A stretch of DNA of 64,000 nt from Nitrosopumilus sp. (GTDB lineage: Archaea > Thermoproteota > Nitrososphaeria > Nitrososphaerales > Nitrosopumilaceae), in contig CBDBLO010000002.1 in the NCBI GenBank assembly GCA_965207075.1, positions 2,121,282-2,185,281 on the forward strand, read 5' to 3'. A program made the position numbers and the translations under genes. Every line of letters starts with the position of its first letter. Position 1 is the stretch's first letter. A model generated the notes under the pieces. It was given only the letters and a program-made list of their open reading frames with translations. It had not been told where the DNA came from and did not search any database. Shown here piece after piece: positions 19,746 through 30,656 of the stretch.

Positions 19746-21325
19746 TGCCATGCCTCTGGTTGAATTCTAATTTTTCCTGACATCAGTTTCGATAACAAAA
19801 AATTTCGTTGTAACGTCAGCACATGTGACTCAAATGTGTTTCGTCGTATACGTTCGTCCCAAGTAGAGACATACGCTTCAAAGTGATTAACCAAGGTTCG
19901 AGGAGGTTCAACCATTGGCATCATTTCGAGCTGGTTTTTAGTAATGGCCCCAAACACTGTTCCTATTTGGTCGTATTGTTTGAGATCCTGCTGCAAAGAC
20001 CATGCCAGATAATAGGTAAAAGATCGTGAACCCGTTTTATGCCTAAGTGCTGCAACACCTCTGCCTATGCAGCACTTCTCCCAGGCCATGTTTATCGCCC
20101 CTACAGGGGCTCTAACGCTGACTAATGTATCGTCTGCATGAGCAATGCGAGTTGGTGCTGTGCAGTATTTTCTCTTTCTAGGATATCGCAGCCCAAAGTC
20201 CGTACTACCCTGAAAAAATGGAAGGCCTTTGCATTCATCATTGTAAGTTTTACTTGGAGGCGATTGGCCCATGGTCAGATTGAGGCAATTTTTCACCACG
20301 TTTATTGTCCATACCTCAGGAATGTCACCCAGCTCCGAATCAGTCAATTGATCAGGGAATAAATCATAAAGATGACTAGGAAGGCCGGGCAAAGACTCTC
20401 CGGGTTGCCATCTCCCCTCCATCTTGGCACGGACAGGATCAAAGTCCACAAACCATGACTTGAACAATGCTCGCGCCATCACTTCAAGTGTTTCATTCAT
20501 CTTGTGATTGAGATCTATTTTCGCATCTAATGTTCCTAGAATATGTGCAATGATTCGTTGTTTGTCCAAGGTGGGAATTGGCATGAGCCACTCTTTAAAA
20601 GATTTTGTTGTAATAGTTTGGAAGATAGTTCCATAAGTGAGGGATTCCATTTGTGATCGTGTACCTTTGAGCGCGTAGTAAAGATAGTCAGGAACTATAC
20701 GTTCATTTGGAATAAGAGCATAGCAAGTTTGATTGAAAGCCATTTCTTTGCCAAGTTGAGTTAATGCGCCAACAGTTCCACGTGAAGTAATAAGTATTGT
20801 ATTCTTAGGCATGATCTTAGTAGAGCTTTTAGATACACCCATCTCAGTAATAGATTCTTGAGATTTGTACAAATACCTCGAGTTATTTTTAGCTATATCT
20901 TTTGCAGTTACCCATTGAATATTTCCGTGCCAGTAGTCGGGCACACTACGACTTGGTGTGCCACCAATAATTGCGGTAGCGACTTCAGAAACAGGCATTT
21001 TGCTCCAATGTGTATTATTCGTTTCCACAGGAATTTTTTGCGCGTCTATGATTTTTTTAAATTTACTGTTGACAGCTTTAAGATCCACAACATCTACCGT
21101 GTAAGGAAGATCCGAATCATCAAACTCAATACTTAGGTTTGTCATAGTATCGTGATCAATAGGTTGATCGCCCTCCACGGCAAGATCCAAATCAGAACCA
21201 TCGTGTGTTGTCCATTTTGCCCTGCTTCCAAACACCCAAACACGGACATTGGATAGAAGATACTTGCGTAGTATGTTACATACTATCTCCAACTGACTTG
21301 GACTAATATCAACTGGACTAGTCAA
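19742..21325 (-). CDS. hsdS: Type I R-M specificity subunit with N-terminal minimal nucleotidyltransferase (MNT) fusion
   Basis: Residues ~1-100: VFGSRAKWTTHDGSDLDL...VDVVD. Then two TRDs, central ARALFKSWFVDFDPV, C-terminal LLSKLMSGKIR. Confidence 0.9.
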   Translation of the reverse strand: MTSPVDISPSQLEIVCNILRKYLLSNVRVWVFGSRAKWTTHDGSDLDLAVEGDQPIDHDTMTNLSIEFDDSDLPYTVDVVDLKAVNSKFKKIIDAQKIPVETNNTHWSKMPVSEVATAIIGGTPSRSVPDYWHGNIQWVTAKDIAKNNSRYLYKSQESITEMGVSKSSTKIMPKNTILITSRGTVGALTQLGKEMAFNQTCYALIPNERIVPDYLYYALKGTRSQMESLTYGTIFQTITTKSFKEWLMPIPTLDKQRIIAHILGTLDAKIDLNHKMNETLEVMARALFKSWFVDFDPVRAKMEGRWQPGESLPGLPSHLYDLFPDQLTDSELGDIPEVWTINVVKNCLNLTMGQSPPSKTYNDECKGLPFFQGSTDFGLRYPRKRKYCTAPTRIAHADDTLVSVRAPVGAINMAWEKCCIGRGVAALRHKTGSRSFTYYLAWSLQQDLKQYDQIGTVFGAITKNQLEMMPMVEPPRTLVNHFEAYVSTWDERIRRNTFESHVLTLQRNFLLSKLMSGKIRIQPEAWQ

Positions 21326-21334
21326 GTGATCTAT

Positions 21335-21916
21335 TCAACTCCTAGAAGTTTTATGCAAGTTTTTTGTAGATATATCAGCTTTGGAGCTTTTAGTTTTTTT
21401 AAGCTCAGCATTAAGATCGCGCAATCTGGATTCCAATTTGGTGATCTCGGATTCAATATCGTTCTTTGTTGGTCTCTTAGATATCGGAGATGGGACAGCG
21501 TGGCCATCCTGCAAACTAGATAATACGTATTGCGCTTCGTGTAGAAATTCAGATGCAGCTTCAAAAACATATTGTGCTTTTTCTTCATCGTATGTGTGAC
21601 TAGTAATTCCACGATTTTTTCGATACTGATCCCAAACAGAAACGTCTGATCGAATAAGATCCTTTTTGTATGCTTCACGAATAATGTCTTTGAAATTCAT
21701 AGATGCAACTTCTGCAGGGTTAAACAATGCCATTCCCAAATGTCGCTTGATCATTTTAAGAGTTATTTCATACGTGAATTCAAAGGATTGTATAACGGCA
21801 CTACGCATGTGTTTTTTGTGCTTTGGGCTTTTTTGAATTGTTTCATCATAATATGTATCGAGCGCGTCTGCAAGCTGAGCAATCGCTTTTTCCAGTGATG
21901 TAAGGTCAAGATTCAT
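21335..21916 (-). CDS. HI0074-family HEPN protein with C-terminal coiled-coil extension
   Basis: IQSFEFTYE and RGITSHTY (Rx4HxY). Located between hsdM and MNT::hsdS. Confidence 0.88.
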   Translation of the reverse strand: MNLDLTSLEKAIAQLADALDTYYDETIQKSPKHKKHMRSAVIQSFEFTYEITLKMIKRHLGMALFNPAEVASMNFKDIIREAYKKDLIRSDVSVWDQYRKNRGITSHTYDEEKAQYVFEAASEFLHEAQYVLSSLQDGHAVPSPISKRPTKNDIESEITKLESRLRDLNAELKKTKSSKADISTKNLHKTSRS

Positions 21917-21920
21917 GTAT

Positions 21921-23483
21921 TCACACCTTTTTCACATTAAATCCAAGGCTCTTTATGTTTTTGGTAATTGATGCATCCAGTTTCTTGGATTTCGATTGCA
22001 GCTCATTCCATTGCAATACTAGCTGGCCCATTCTTTCTTCAAACGGTTCTTCGTCATCCAACTGCGAGCTTACACCTACGTAGCGTCCCGGAGTAAGAAC
22101 ATACCCATGCTTATGAATCTCATCCAACATGACACTCTTGCAAAATCCGACTACGTCCTTGTACCTGGATCTTTTATTGCGCCAAGAATGATATGTGTCG
22201 GCAATCTCTGCAATATCCTCGTTCGTCAGCTCCCTGTGCCGCCTATCCCTCATCGTACCCATGTTGCGGGCATCAATGAACAATACCTGCTTCTGACGGT
22301 TTCTGAACCGGTGGTTCTTTTTGTCTCTAGTTACAAACCACAGGCAGGCGGGAATCTGAGTGTTGTAGAACAGCTGGGAGGGCAGTGCGACCATGCAGTC
22401 CACCAGATCCTGCTCCACTATATTTTTGCGTATTTCGCCCTCACCGCTCGTGTTAGAGGACATCGAGCCGTTGGACATTACGAATCCGGCCGTTCCGGTA
22501 GGTGATAAATGATGGATAAAGTGCTGAATCCATGCAAAGTTTGCGTTGCCAGCAGGTGGTATGCCATACACCCATCTGACATCATCCTGTAACAGGTGAC
22601 CGTCCCAGTCACTGTCGTTGAACGGAGGATTGGCAAGTATGAAATCCGCCCTCAGATCCTTGTGCGCGTCGTTTACAAAGCTGCCCTGTCCATTCCACTT
22701 GATCATGTTGGATTCTATCCCGCGAATGGCTAGGTTCATCCTACACAGACGCCAAGTGGTGGAGTTGCTCTCCTGTCCATAAATTGAGATGTTGCCGATT
22801 CGGCCACCGTGTGCTTTGATGAATTTTTCACTCTGCACGAACATGCCGCCCGAACCGCAGCAGGGGTCGAATATTCTGCCCTTGTATGGTTCCAAAACCT
22901 CTACCAGCAGTCTGACAATACTTCCCGGCGTATAGAATTGGCCACCCTTTTTGCCCTCTGCATCTGCAAACTGGCCCAAAAAATACTCATATACGCGCCC
23001 TAATACGTCCTTGCTCTTGCTCTCCCTGTCTCCCAGTCCGATGGTTCCTATCAAATCTATCAATTCCCCGAGCCTCTGCTTGTTGAGACTGGGACGGGCA
23101 TAGTCCTTTTGCAGGACTCCACGCAATGACACATTCTCTCTTTCTATGGATGCCATCGCGTTGTCAATCATCTCTCCAACCTCCGGTTTCTTGGCATTGT
23201 CAGCCAGATATCTCCATCGTGCCCTTTTGGGTACCCAGAAGATCCTCCTAGAGGTGTACTCGTCACGGTCCTCGGGATCAGAGTCCTGCGCTTTTCCCAG
23301 TAATTCGTGTATTTCTACGAATGCATCAGATATGTACTTTAGAAAGATCAGCCCTAGCACAACATGCTTGTATTCTGCCGCGTCCATGTTGCTTCGGAGC
23401 TTGTCGGCAGCCTTCCACATCTTCTCCTCAAAACCGAGATTTGCACCGTTGGGGGTTCTTTCTTTGGATTTTACTCGTGCCAT
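21921..23483 (-). CDS. hsdM: Type I R-M methyltransferase subunit
   Basis: [14 protein letters not shown] and ANPPFN motifs. Start taken at MARVKSKE. Confidence 0.96.
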   Translation of the reverse strand: MARVKSKERTPNGANLGFEEKMWKAADKLRSNMDAAEYKHVVLGLIFLKYISDAFVEIHELLGKAQDSDPEDRDEYTSRRIFWVPKRARWRYLADNAKKPEVGEMIDNAMASIERENVSLRGVLQKDYARPSLNKQRLGELIDLIGTIGLGDRESKSKDVLGRVYEYFLGQFADAEGKKGGQFYTPGSIVRLLVEVLEPYKGRIFDPCCGSGGMFVQSEKFIKAHGGRIGNISIYGQESNSTTWRLCRMNLAIRGIESNMIKWNGQGSFVNDAHKDLRADFILANPPFNDSDWDGHLLQDDVRWVYGIPPAGNANFAWIQHFIHHLSPTGTAGFVMSNGSMSSNTSGEGEIRKNIVEQDLVDCMVALPSQLFYNTQIPACLWFVTRDKKNHRFRNRQKQVLFIDARNMGTMRDRRHRELTNEDIAEIADTYHSWRNKRSRYKDVVGFCKSVMLDEIHKHGYVLTPGRYVGVSSQLDDEEPFEERMGQLVLQWNELQSKSKKLDASITKNIKSLGFNVKKV

Positions 23484-24187
23484 CTCATGCTTCCCTTCAT
23501 GCCAAAGTCCTATCATCAGCATATTAAGCATATGCGTACGGGTCGGCAAAGTCGCTTAGCTCGTCTACCATGCAAGTGGCTGACAGCCGCAAAAATTGCC
23601 GTAAGCTGCGTTGCTCTCTGCCAAGAAAGGCTGTTTCGAGTGTTGTCTGTGTGGATACGTTCTGTAGATTTGCCCTATTTGGTGGCCTCCACGCCTAGAA
23701 TGCAGGGATGCAATGACCGCGCGCCTGGTAGTCTGTCAAGTCTAAGGCGGCACAGTATCTTCCCTGCGCACATTTTTTCACTCTCCTCTGGCCGTGCCCA
23801 GCTCATAAATTGGAAGCAGAACCATGGAGCAGGATCAAGCGTGCAATTGCATGTCTGTTATTCAAGGGCAGGTTAGAGCATATGAAGAATTCCATACAGT
23901 AGCTACTGGACAGGGATGAGGTGGCCATCGTAAGCTGCCTGACTACATACTTGCTACTATTGCGGTATAGACGGCCGCCGGAATGCGTGGTGCTCGGAGA
24001 GCGCAAATGCCGACGTGGCAAGCCATCTTGTCTTGATCTCCAGATGTGCCATTCCAAGTCGGTTGGCCCCTTCTCCAGCCGCGAATGTCGTGACATACAG
24101 CTCAGGAATTGGAACACAAAGGTGGATGTTGGACAATGGTAGCATTACTGCATAAAATGCTTTGAGCTTTTTTCAAATTACTATACG

Positions 24188-25108
24188 TCAACAACTGTTC
24201 TCGTGCATTCTTTCTAAGTATTCATTTATTTTTCTATTCAGTGATGCCAAAAACACAGAAATCTTCGGAAGATCCTCGTGTAGTTTCCGGCCTTGCATTA
24301 CATACATGCGAAATCTCTTGTTACGAGTTGAATCAGATGAATTATTGAGTTTATCAAGATACATGTTAAACGTATCTAACGTGTGCAAAACATTAGCAAT
24401 ACTTAGTGTGGGCGACGTATCTGTCACATCTCCCAACATGTTATTTTCCTTCAGAAATGGTTCACATTTGATGACACTTGCTCTGAACAGCGCTAGCTCT
24501 ATTTGTGGAGCACAGTATGTAGCATCAAGCATGATTATTTTAAATTCAGAAAGTAAATAATCTAATACTTCCTTTACCACGTCTATGTTTGTCTTGAGGT
24601 TTTTTAGATCGTGTACATGCTGATCCGTATTAGAAAACAGACGTAGTATGGTACTTCTAGGAGCAGGAGTAGTGGACGCGCCTATCCGGACGTAACATGT
24701 GCCTTTCTCTTTTAGAAAGTATGGCTTGTCCAATTTCTGATCTCTTATGTGAATTACTACGAAGAAGCGTTGTCGTGTATCGTCTATTATTTTAGTTTCG
24801 ATCTTGGGTATTGGTTCGACCTGCACTCGTTGATTCCGTATGTCGTTTTTCACTTTATCTTCTTCACCTGCCCGGAATCCATTCTTACTAAATTCAATTA
24901 GATGTTGATCTTTCTTTTTCTCGTCAATTCCAAGCACGATAAAACCTCCTTGTGTATTGGCCATAGCGCAAAGATGTTTAGATAGATCATTAAGTGTACA
25001 GCGTCCTTTGAAGTCAAACTCCGCCGACTCTACATCGCGCACTTTTAAGAGTTTGTCAATGTCATCTAGCGTCCAGATACCAACGGCACGAGGAAACAGA
25101 TTATTCAT
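24188..25108 (-). CDS. Schlafen/AlbA_2 domain protein
   Basis: ESAEFDFK, CAMANTQGGFIVLGIDE, YVRIGAST. Start uncertain (frame open to 25297). Confidence 0.85.
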   Translation of the reverse strand: MNNLFPRAVGIWTLDDIDKLLKVRDVESAEFDFKGRCTLNDLSKHLCAMANTQGGFIVLGIDEKKKDQHLIEFSKNGFRAGEEDKVKNDIRNQRVQVEPIPKIETKIIDDTRQRFFVVIHIRDQKLDKPYFLKEKGTCYVRIGASTTPAPRSTILRLFSNTDQHVHDLKNLKTNIDVVKEVLDYLLSEFKIIMLDATYCAPQIELALFRASVIKCEPFLKENNMLGDVTDTSPTLSIANVLHTLDTFNMYLDKLNNSSDSTRNKRFRMYVMQGRKLHEDLPKISVFLASLNRKINEYLERMHENSC

Positions 25109-25383
25109 GTAGAAGTACATTAACCACGGGTTTAAAACGTTCACATCAGTAGGCTGTGCGCCCTCGAGTCGATTGATATCTTGTACATAAAGGCCTGAGA
25201 TCCAAGTCATTCTAGGAATAAATTTTTTAACAACCTGTGTGAAGTACAAACTCAAGTCGAGTTTATGCCCAAGTTCATGTAACAACAACTCGGCCACTGT
25301 ATCGTTACTTGGTACCGAGAGACGCGGCGGGGTGTGCAGTCGTCGTAGAAGTTCGCCTATCGTCTGCGTATTGCCGCGTCTCC

Positions 25384-25840
25384 TATAGTGTCAAGTATAG
25401 GGATCTCGTGAGTGGAGGGGAACCCTAGGAAGCGCAGGATCCTGTGCACGCTGCACAGGCTATACCTGACATGCATCCTACCGTGTATCTAGTTCTGCAG
25501 CTTTCTCGGGGTGAGCATGTTCTTGCCTGCAAGCCTGTTGGGTAATCTCCTGATCCACCCATGCCTTGCGCGTAAAACTCTGCCCTCCCGGAAGCACCTT
25601 GTAGGACACTGATGCCATCTTCGCTGAACCGGGCAACCCACGGCTGTACTGTGCTCCAGTCCACGTCTTCAAAATCAGAGACGATCTTTGTAGAGTGATT
25701 CTTGAATACACCTAGGGCTGTCATCATCCTGTTGCGGATCCTGATGTCTCTCTGCATGTATGGCCTCCGTCAGTTCTTGGATCCTCCTGCGGTTCTCGCT
25801 CATGGACGGCTCGGCAATTCGTCGATCAATAAGCTTTTCT
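25384..25840 (-). pseudogene. IS630-family transposase N-terminal relic
   Basis: Frameshifted HTH-like reading DIRIRNRMM...STVQPWVARFSEDG resembles the N-terminus of the intact transposase at 29189-30196. TATAGTG end-like sequence at 25384. Confidence 0.65.
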
Positions 25841-25937
25841 GTGATTGTCTATTATGAGGTAACATTTTCAATGAGCGTTACTCTAGGTGTTGTATACCAT
25901 CAGGTCATTCCCAAGTCCATGCCTAGTGATGTTTATT

Positions 25938-26189
25938 TCAAACAGATTCATTCTGTTTGGACTTGTTGTTCATCCGCATTGCCCAACGCGCTCCGATTAT
26001 CGCTCCAAGCAAAATGCTTAAAAAAATGACTATAAACTCAGAAACTGTCGACACAGCAAGTGTCATACATTCACCGTCTCCAGTATTCGAGAACGGTTGG
26101 CATACGTAATACCAATCTAGAGCAAGAAATGCAGCTATCGCCAAAAGCAAAAAATATACAACGTGCCTTTCATCTTTCCAAGTGTCCAT
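25938..26189 (-). CDS. Small two-TM membrane protein
   Basis: 83 aa with two hydrophobic segments. Confidence 0.45.
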   Translation of the reverse strand: MDTWKDERHVVYFLLLAIAAFLALDWYYVCQPFSNTGDGECMTLAVSTVSEFIVIFLSILLGAIIGARWAMRMNNKSKQNESV

Positions 26190-26482
26190 AAGTCTGTGTC
26201 TTGGTCGTCGTTCATAAAATTTGCGTCTGCGGTGACGCTGCCTAGATCCAACAACGTAAAAACGATGTATTGTATGAAAATGATCTTGCCTACTCTTGGT
26301 GTCTTCATTCGTTTCGGATTAATTTCCCTGAGCATCTAGCACCTTTCTGTTGTGGAATACCTGCAATGGAATCTTGCCATTGTCTATGTTAAGCAACCAG
26401 TACAACCTCATTGTAGCACACGATGAATTCCGACAGGCTCTCAAAGTAGTGCAGTTCCTCGTCAAGTGTACGGTAGAGCAGA

Positions 26483-26671
26483 TTGGGCTCGGAAAACAGC
26501 GAATGGAACAGTGAATTGACAGATCTTCTTAAAAGCGCCTCAAGTGGTAAACGTAAATTCATAACAGTATTTCTCTACATTGTTTGTGTCGTAACAACCA
26601 GTATTATCTCGGCAGAGATAACCTCTGAAATCATTGTCGAATCAATTACTGAGTGGTTCGAAGTGCTCTAA
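26483..26671 (+). CDS. Small membrane protein
   Basis: 62 aa with one hydrophobic segment. Confidence 0.3.
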   Translation: MGSENSEWNSELTDLLKSASSGKRKFITVFLYIVCVVTTSIISAEITSEIIVESITEWFEVL

Positions 26672-26678
26672 CACATGA

Positions 26679-27599
26679 TTATTGTTTTTGTAGTGATTCT
26701 ATGAACGACTTGATTACAATTTTTGTTTCTTCTTTACTCCTCACCTCATTTATGCTTTTAATAAGAATGTCCCAAAAGTCATTATAGTCATTTTTAAACT
26801 CTGATCTTTTTTCTAAGTTCTTTAAAATTCCCAAGCCATACTTGATCAATTCCCAAGCAAAAACTTCTCCATATCCATATTCGACGCGAATGTTCTTATA
26901 ATATTCAGCAAATTCTGGTGTCGAAATATTTCCAAAATTGTCATCAATAAAATTATACTCACAACAAGTTCTAGCTTCCTCAAGCGCGTATGAGTTCATG
27001 TCTTGGGACATAAAAAAAGGATCATAGTTCCAATTTACTCGCTCATTTCTAAGATATGCTGAAGCTTCCTGTGTCATTAAATCTGGAAATTTTTTTGAAA
27101 AATTTTTAAATAATCTTTCATGCTCGTTGCCTCTTACAGTTTCTATTGTGTAAGAGTGCATTTCTTTATTTCTAGTTAACTGAAAAGACATAGTTTTATT
27201 GTTAGCGCTAGGGTGAACTGTGGCTTCCCCAATCCATTGGAAAGGCATATCTTTATCGTTAGCGCTAGGGTGAACTGTGGCTTTGCCAATCAATCATAGC
27301 AGACCATTCACTGCATAAAAAATACTGTAATATCGAGTAGTTGTTGCCCATGCCAAGTAGTTACTGCACATCAGATCTTTGTAAGCTAAAAGATTAGAAA
27401 CAGAATGACGTAAGAATACACAGGCGTCCATAAGGAACATTTCGTCTAATTGGAACCCTTGTTGTGAGGTAATCTTTTTAGATTTTACTACATTTTGTAA
27501 GTCACTGGACGGAATTCTTGAGAAAAACTCTTTGAGATGTGTTTGGCAAAATGGTCTAATTTTTTCATAGTATGCTGCCAGAGCTTCGTTGCTGATCAA
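26679..27599 (-). pseudogene. HEPN-like gene split by a single in-frame TGA (27294-27296)
   Basis: Two contiguous same-frame ORFs. YYSIFYAVNGLL resembles the HEPN N-terminal helix. Internal 60 bp tandem duplication. Confidence 0.6.
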
Positions 27600-28034
27600 T
27601 ACTACACCCTAAGATTAGAGGATTAAATATGTATATTCCTGCAAACAGAGCTAATACTCAATTGTCCTTATGCTACCTGTGACGACTTTGCATCTATGCC
27701 TCCATAGGCAATCCTAAAGCAATTTAGGCACTAATCTAGGATACAGTTGCGCAATTCGTCTTCAAATGATCAAAAGAATTACTCGATCCCGGTCTTTGAT
27801 CCATCTCAGTCTCCCAGTTCGAACTCATCTGGTAATTCACCAACGAGGCGGCCATACTCCATGTCAATGTACACCAACCAATCTATGAGTGGCATAATGT
27901 CTATCGGCCTGTCATTAATCTTAGTAGCATCATTTATGATGTCGCTGTCCTTGTACGCGTGCACTTTGTAGCATTAGATCGCCCATTTGAGTCACGCTCA
28001 TTGGAAATTTCGCCTTATGATGGACATCGCTGAC

Positions 28035-28149
28035 AAGTTTATTGATCGACGGATCGCCGACCCATCCATGAACGAGAGCAGCAAGAAGATCCGGGAACTG
28101 CCGGAGGCCATGCATGCAGAGAAGCATCAGGATACGCAACAGGATGATG
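28035..28149 (+). pseudogene. Second IS630-related relic, inverted homologue of 25722-25835
   Basis: Clear nucleotide similarity (TTATTGATCGAC...CCATG...GGAGGCCAT...CATCAGGAT-CGCAACAGGATGATG). Confidence 0.65.
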
Positions 28150-28369
28150 GTGATTCTTTCTGGATCCATTCTCAAGCAGGTTGTTCTCGTATTTTGATTT
28201 TTAAACTCGCCAAGACGGACTCCAAAAGTATTTGCCACATAATATTCTACAGAGTGATACGAAATGGGTCGTATCACTAAGGGCGCATGGTGGTAGGTAT
28301 GCGATCTTGTACCCGATTTACAATTTTGTGGGTGAGCCCTTGATTCCACACCATTAATGTATAAAAGAT

Positions 28370-29173
28370 CTACATGTCATATACGTAATCTAAAAACTTC
28401 ATACCCGCAGGAGTTATTGTATGAGTCATATTACGAATTGAGCTCTCCATATTAGAATCAAACGTATTTGGATCGAAATATAGCCAAAATTTAACAATTT
28501 TAGCTTTTAAGATATTCCAAGTGACTAGATCATTGTGCGCATTAGAATATACTGTGAGATTGCTTACAAGATAGAATTGATTAAGATCGTCATACTTGTC
28601 TTCTGACCAATATACCGCACAATCATTTTTGCCATAAGGCCTGTCGTCTTCAGATCGTGGCTTATTCTTGCGCCCGTTTGCTATGCTGAGAATTATTTCT
28701 CTAGGATTTTTTAAAACTGTCAGTAGCTTAATGTGGATCGGTTCCATGTTAATCAAAATTTTAAAAAACATATTAGTTAATTCGGAGTCAGTATTCTTAC
28801 TTGTGTATCCGGTAACAAGGAATTGCTTTAAATATTCTATCTTGTCTTCGTTTGTTTCTTGAATCATTTTTCGTAAAGTCTCTTTCAAGAGTTTTTGACC
28901 TTCTGGGCTGTGTATATACTCTAGGTTTAATAGAGAATTTTTCCGCTCTAGTCGATCCATTAAGTCAGGCACATGTTTGATAAATCGTTCGCGAGCCACA
29001 ATATCGGTACATTCTACGAGGAGTGGAAAGATGAATCCCATTGGATCTCCCACTATAAGTGGTCCTATTGATTCTATAATTTTTTGTGACAAGGCAACCC
29101 ATTCTGTAGAATACATCCACTCAACAGACTCATTAATTTTTTGTCGTAATTGTTTGACCACTTCTGATGTCAT
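28370..29173 (-). CDS. Hypothetical protein (AT-rich island cargo)
   Basis: 267 aa uninterrupted ORF in AT-rich DNA. Confidence 0.7.
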   Translation of the reverse strand: MTSEVVKQLRQKINESVEWMYSTEWVALSQKIIESIGPLIVGDPMGFIFPLLVECTDIVARERFIKHVPDLMDRLERKNSLLNLEYIHSPEGQKLLKETLRKMIQETNEDKIEYLKQFLVTGYTSKNTDSELTNMFFKILINMEPIHIKLLTVLKNPREIILSIANGRKNKPRSEDDRPYGKNDCAVYWSEDKYDDLNQFYLVSNLTVYSNAHNDLVTWNILKAKIVKFWLYFDPNTFDSNMESSIRNMTHTITPAGMKFLDYVYDM

Positions 29174-29177
29174 ATAC

Positions 29178-30275
29178 TATAGTGACGATCAAAAGTTTTT
29201 GCGGGGTAGGGATGTTCTATTGATGAATTTCATTGCATCGAGTTTGGGGCGCGCCGTCCTAAAATACTCTGACAAGGCACGGCGCATATGCACCACCGTC
29301 GAGTAATATTCGCTGACCAGCAGATCACGCTTTGACTGGTGCCAGTACTCCTCGACCACGCTGAGTTCCGGCGTCGCCTTGGGAAGCCATATGATCCTCG
29401 CGTTTGGCTCCCCCTCCAGGTATTCCCGTACGATTCTGGCCTTGTGCTGCGGCGCATTGTCCATGATTACCGCGGTCCTGCCAAAGTGGCCGACCAGCGC
29501 CTTCAGGTACTTCAGGAACGTCTCCTTGTCGAATCCCTTGTACGTCCTGACAAACTGCCTGCCGTCCGTCGTGAGCGCGCCGTACGCCACTACCCTGTCG
29601 TGGCTTCCATTGTATGCGGTTATGACGGGGACGCCCCTCGGCGACCAGTATTTCACGCCGCTTCCCGGGTCGTTGATGAATATGGACTCGTCAACGACCG
29701 CGGTGACAAATCCCCGCGATTTCAGGTACGCGATCCGCCTTTTTGTGTCCCGCTGCCACTCCCTGATCTCCTCCATCTCCGCCCGGTTGACGTGCACCGC
29801 CTGGGACGTCTTGGCCGACATGCCGAGCCTGTGCATTATCTTCCTGACGTTTGTTATGTGGTACTCCACCCCGTGCCTTTCGCGTATGGCATTCTTGAGC
29901 ACCCTTGGCGTCGTGATGCCGCCTCCTCCCGCAACGATCTTCCTGATCCTCTTCATCGCCACCTTTGGAGGCCTGCCCGAACGGGGCCTGTCCTTCAGGC
30001 CTGCAAGGCCGTCCTTGTCAAAGCGCCGAACCCAGCTGGAGACGGTGCGCGCGTCGCAGTAGCACAGCGAGGCGACCTCGGATGCCTTCAATCCGTTGAT
30101 CTTGACCATGCAGACTGCGTGGATCCTATTTCCTATGAGGTGGTCTTTTTCTGCCTTGTAGGCCCGAATGAGCAGGTCCCTGTCTTTCTCATCCATGCCG
30201 GGCGATGTATTCGGTGATCAAAAAAGGTTGCGCACACAGTTCTGACAGCCGCGAAGACTTTTGCGTCACACTATA
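29178..30275 (-). mobile_element. IS630-family insertion sequence
   Basis: Imperfect TIRs TATAGTG-n5-CAAAAGT at both ends, with terminal TA. Confidence 0.85.
29189..30196 (-). CDS. IS630-family transposase
   Basis: HTH plus RSGRPP, VDES, MDNAPQH and PELSVVEEYW DDE motifs. Confidence 0.93.
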   Translation of the reverse strand: MDEKDRDLLIRAYKAEKDHLIGNRIHAVCMVKINGLKASEVASLCYCDARTVSSWVRRFDKDGLAGLKDRPRSGRPPKVAMKRIRKIVAGGGGITTPRVLKNAIRERHGVEYHITNVRKIMHRLGMSAKTSQAVHVNRAEMEEIREWQRDTKRRIAYLKSRGFVTAVVDESIFINDPGSGVKYWSPRGVPVITAYNGSHDRVVAYGALTTDGRQFVRTYKGFDKETFLKYLKALVGHFGRTAVIMDNAPQHKARIVREYLEGEPNARIIWLPKATPELSVVEEYWHQSKRDLLVSEYYSTVVHMRRALSEYFRTARPKLDAMKFINRTSLPRKNF

Positions 30276-30656
30276 AGTTCATAAGTCTTCCCAAAAAACC
30301 TTACGAGTGTTGCTTCTGTCATTGTCACATGATGACTCGGTTTAGGCGCAAGTATCTCATACAAGAAGTCTTCCACCATGTCTTAGATACACGTCATGTT
30401 TTTAGACACAAACTATAATCACCTAAATGCACATGTCTGTAGTGAACGGATCGGGTCTCAGAGATATCCGGTTGTAGTGTCATCACTAGATAATGTAGAA
30501 GAACCACGGATCAGGATCTTAATAAGGTGGGTGCCATACTATAATCAAGAATTTGGAATCAATATCGCACAAAATGATTCCCGAGCGAGCATACATGATC
30601 TCGCGCAGATTTTTGGACAAGGCCTCTCCAACGACAGTCTTAATTGATGCAACGAC

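Noticed and set aside
23560-24150. Possible gene remnant between hsdM and the Schlafen gene
   Set aside because: Only short interrupted frames with no recognisable motif.
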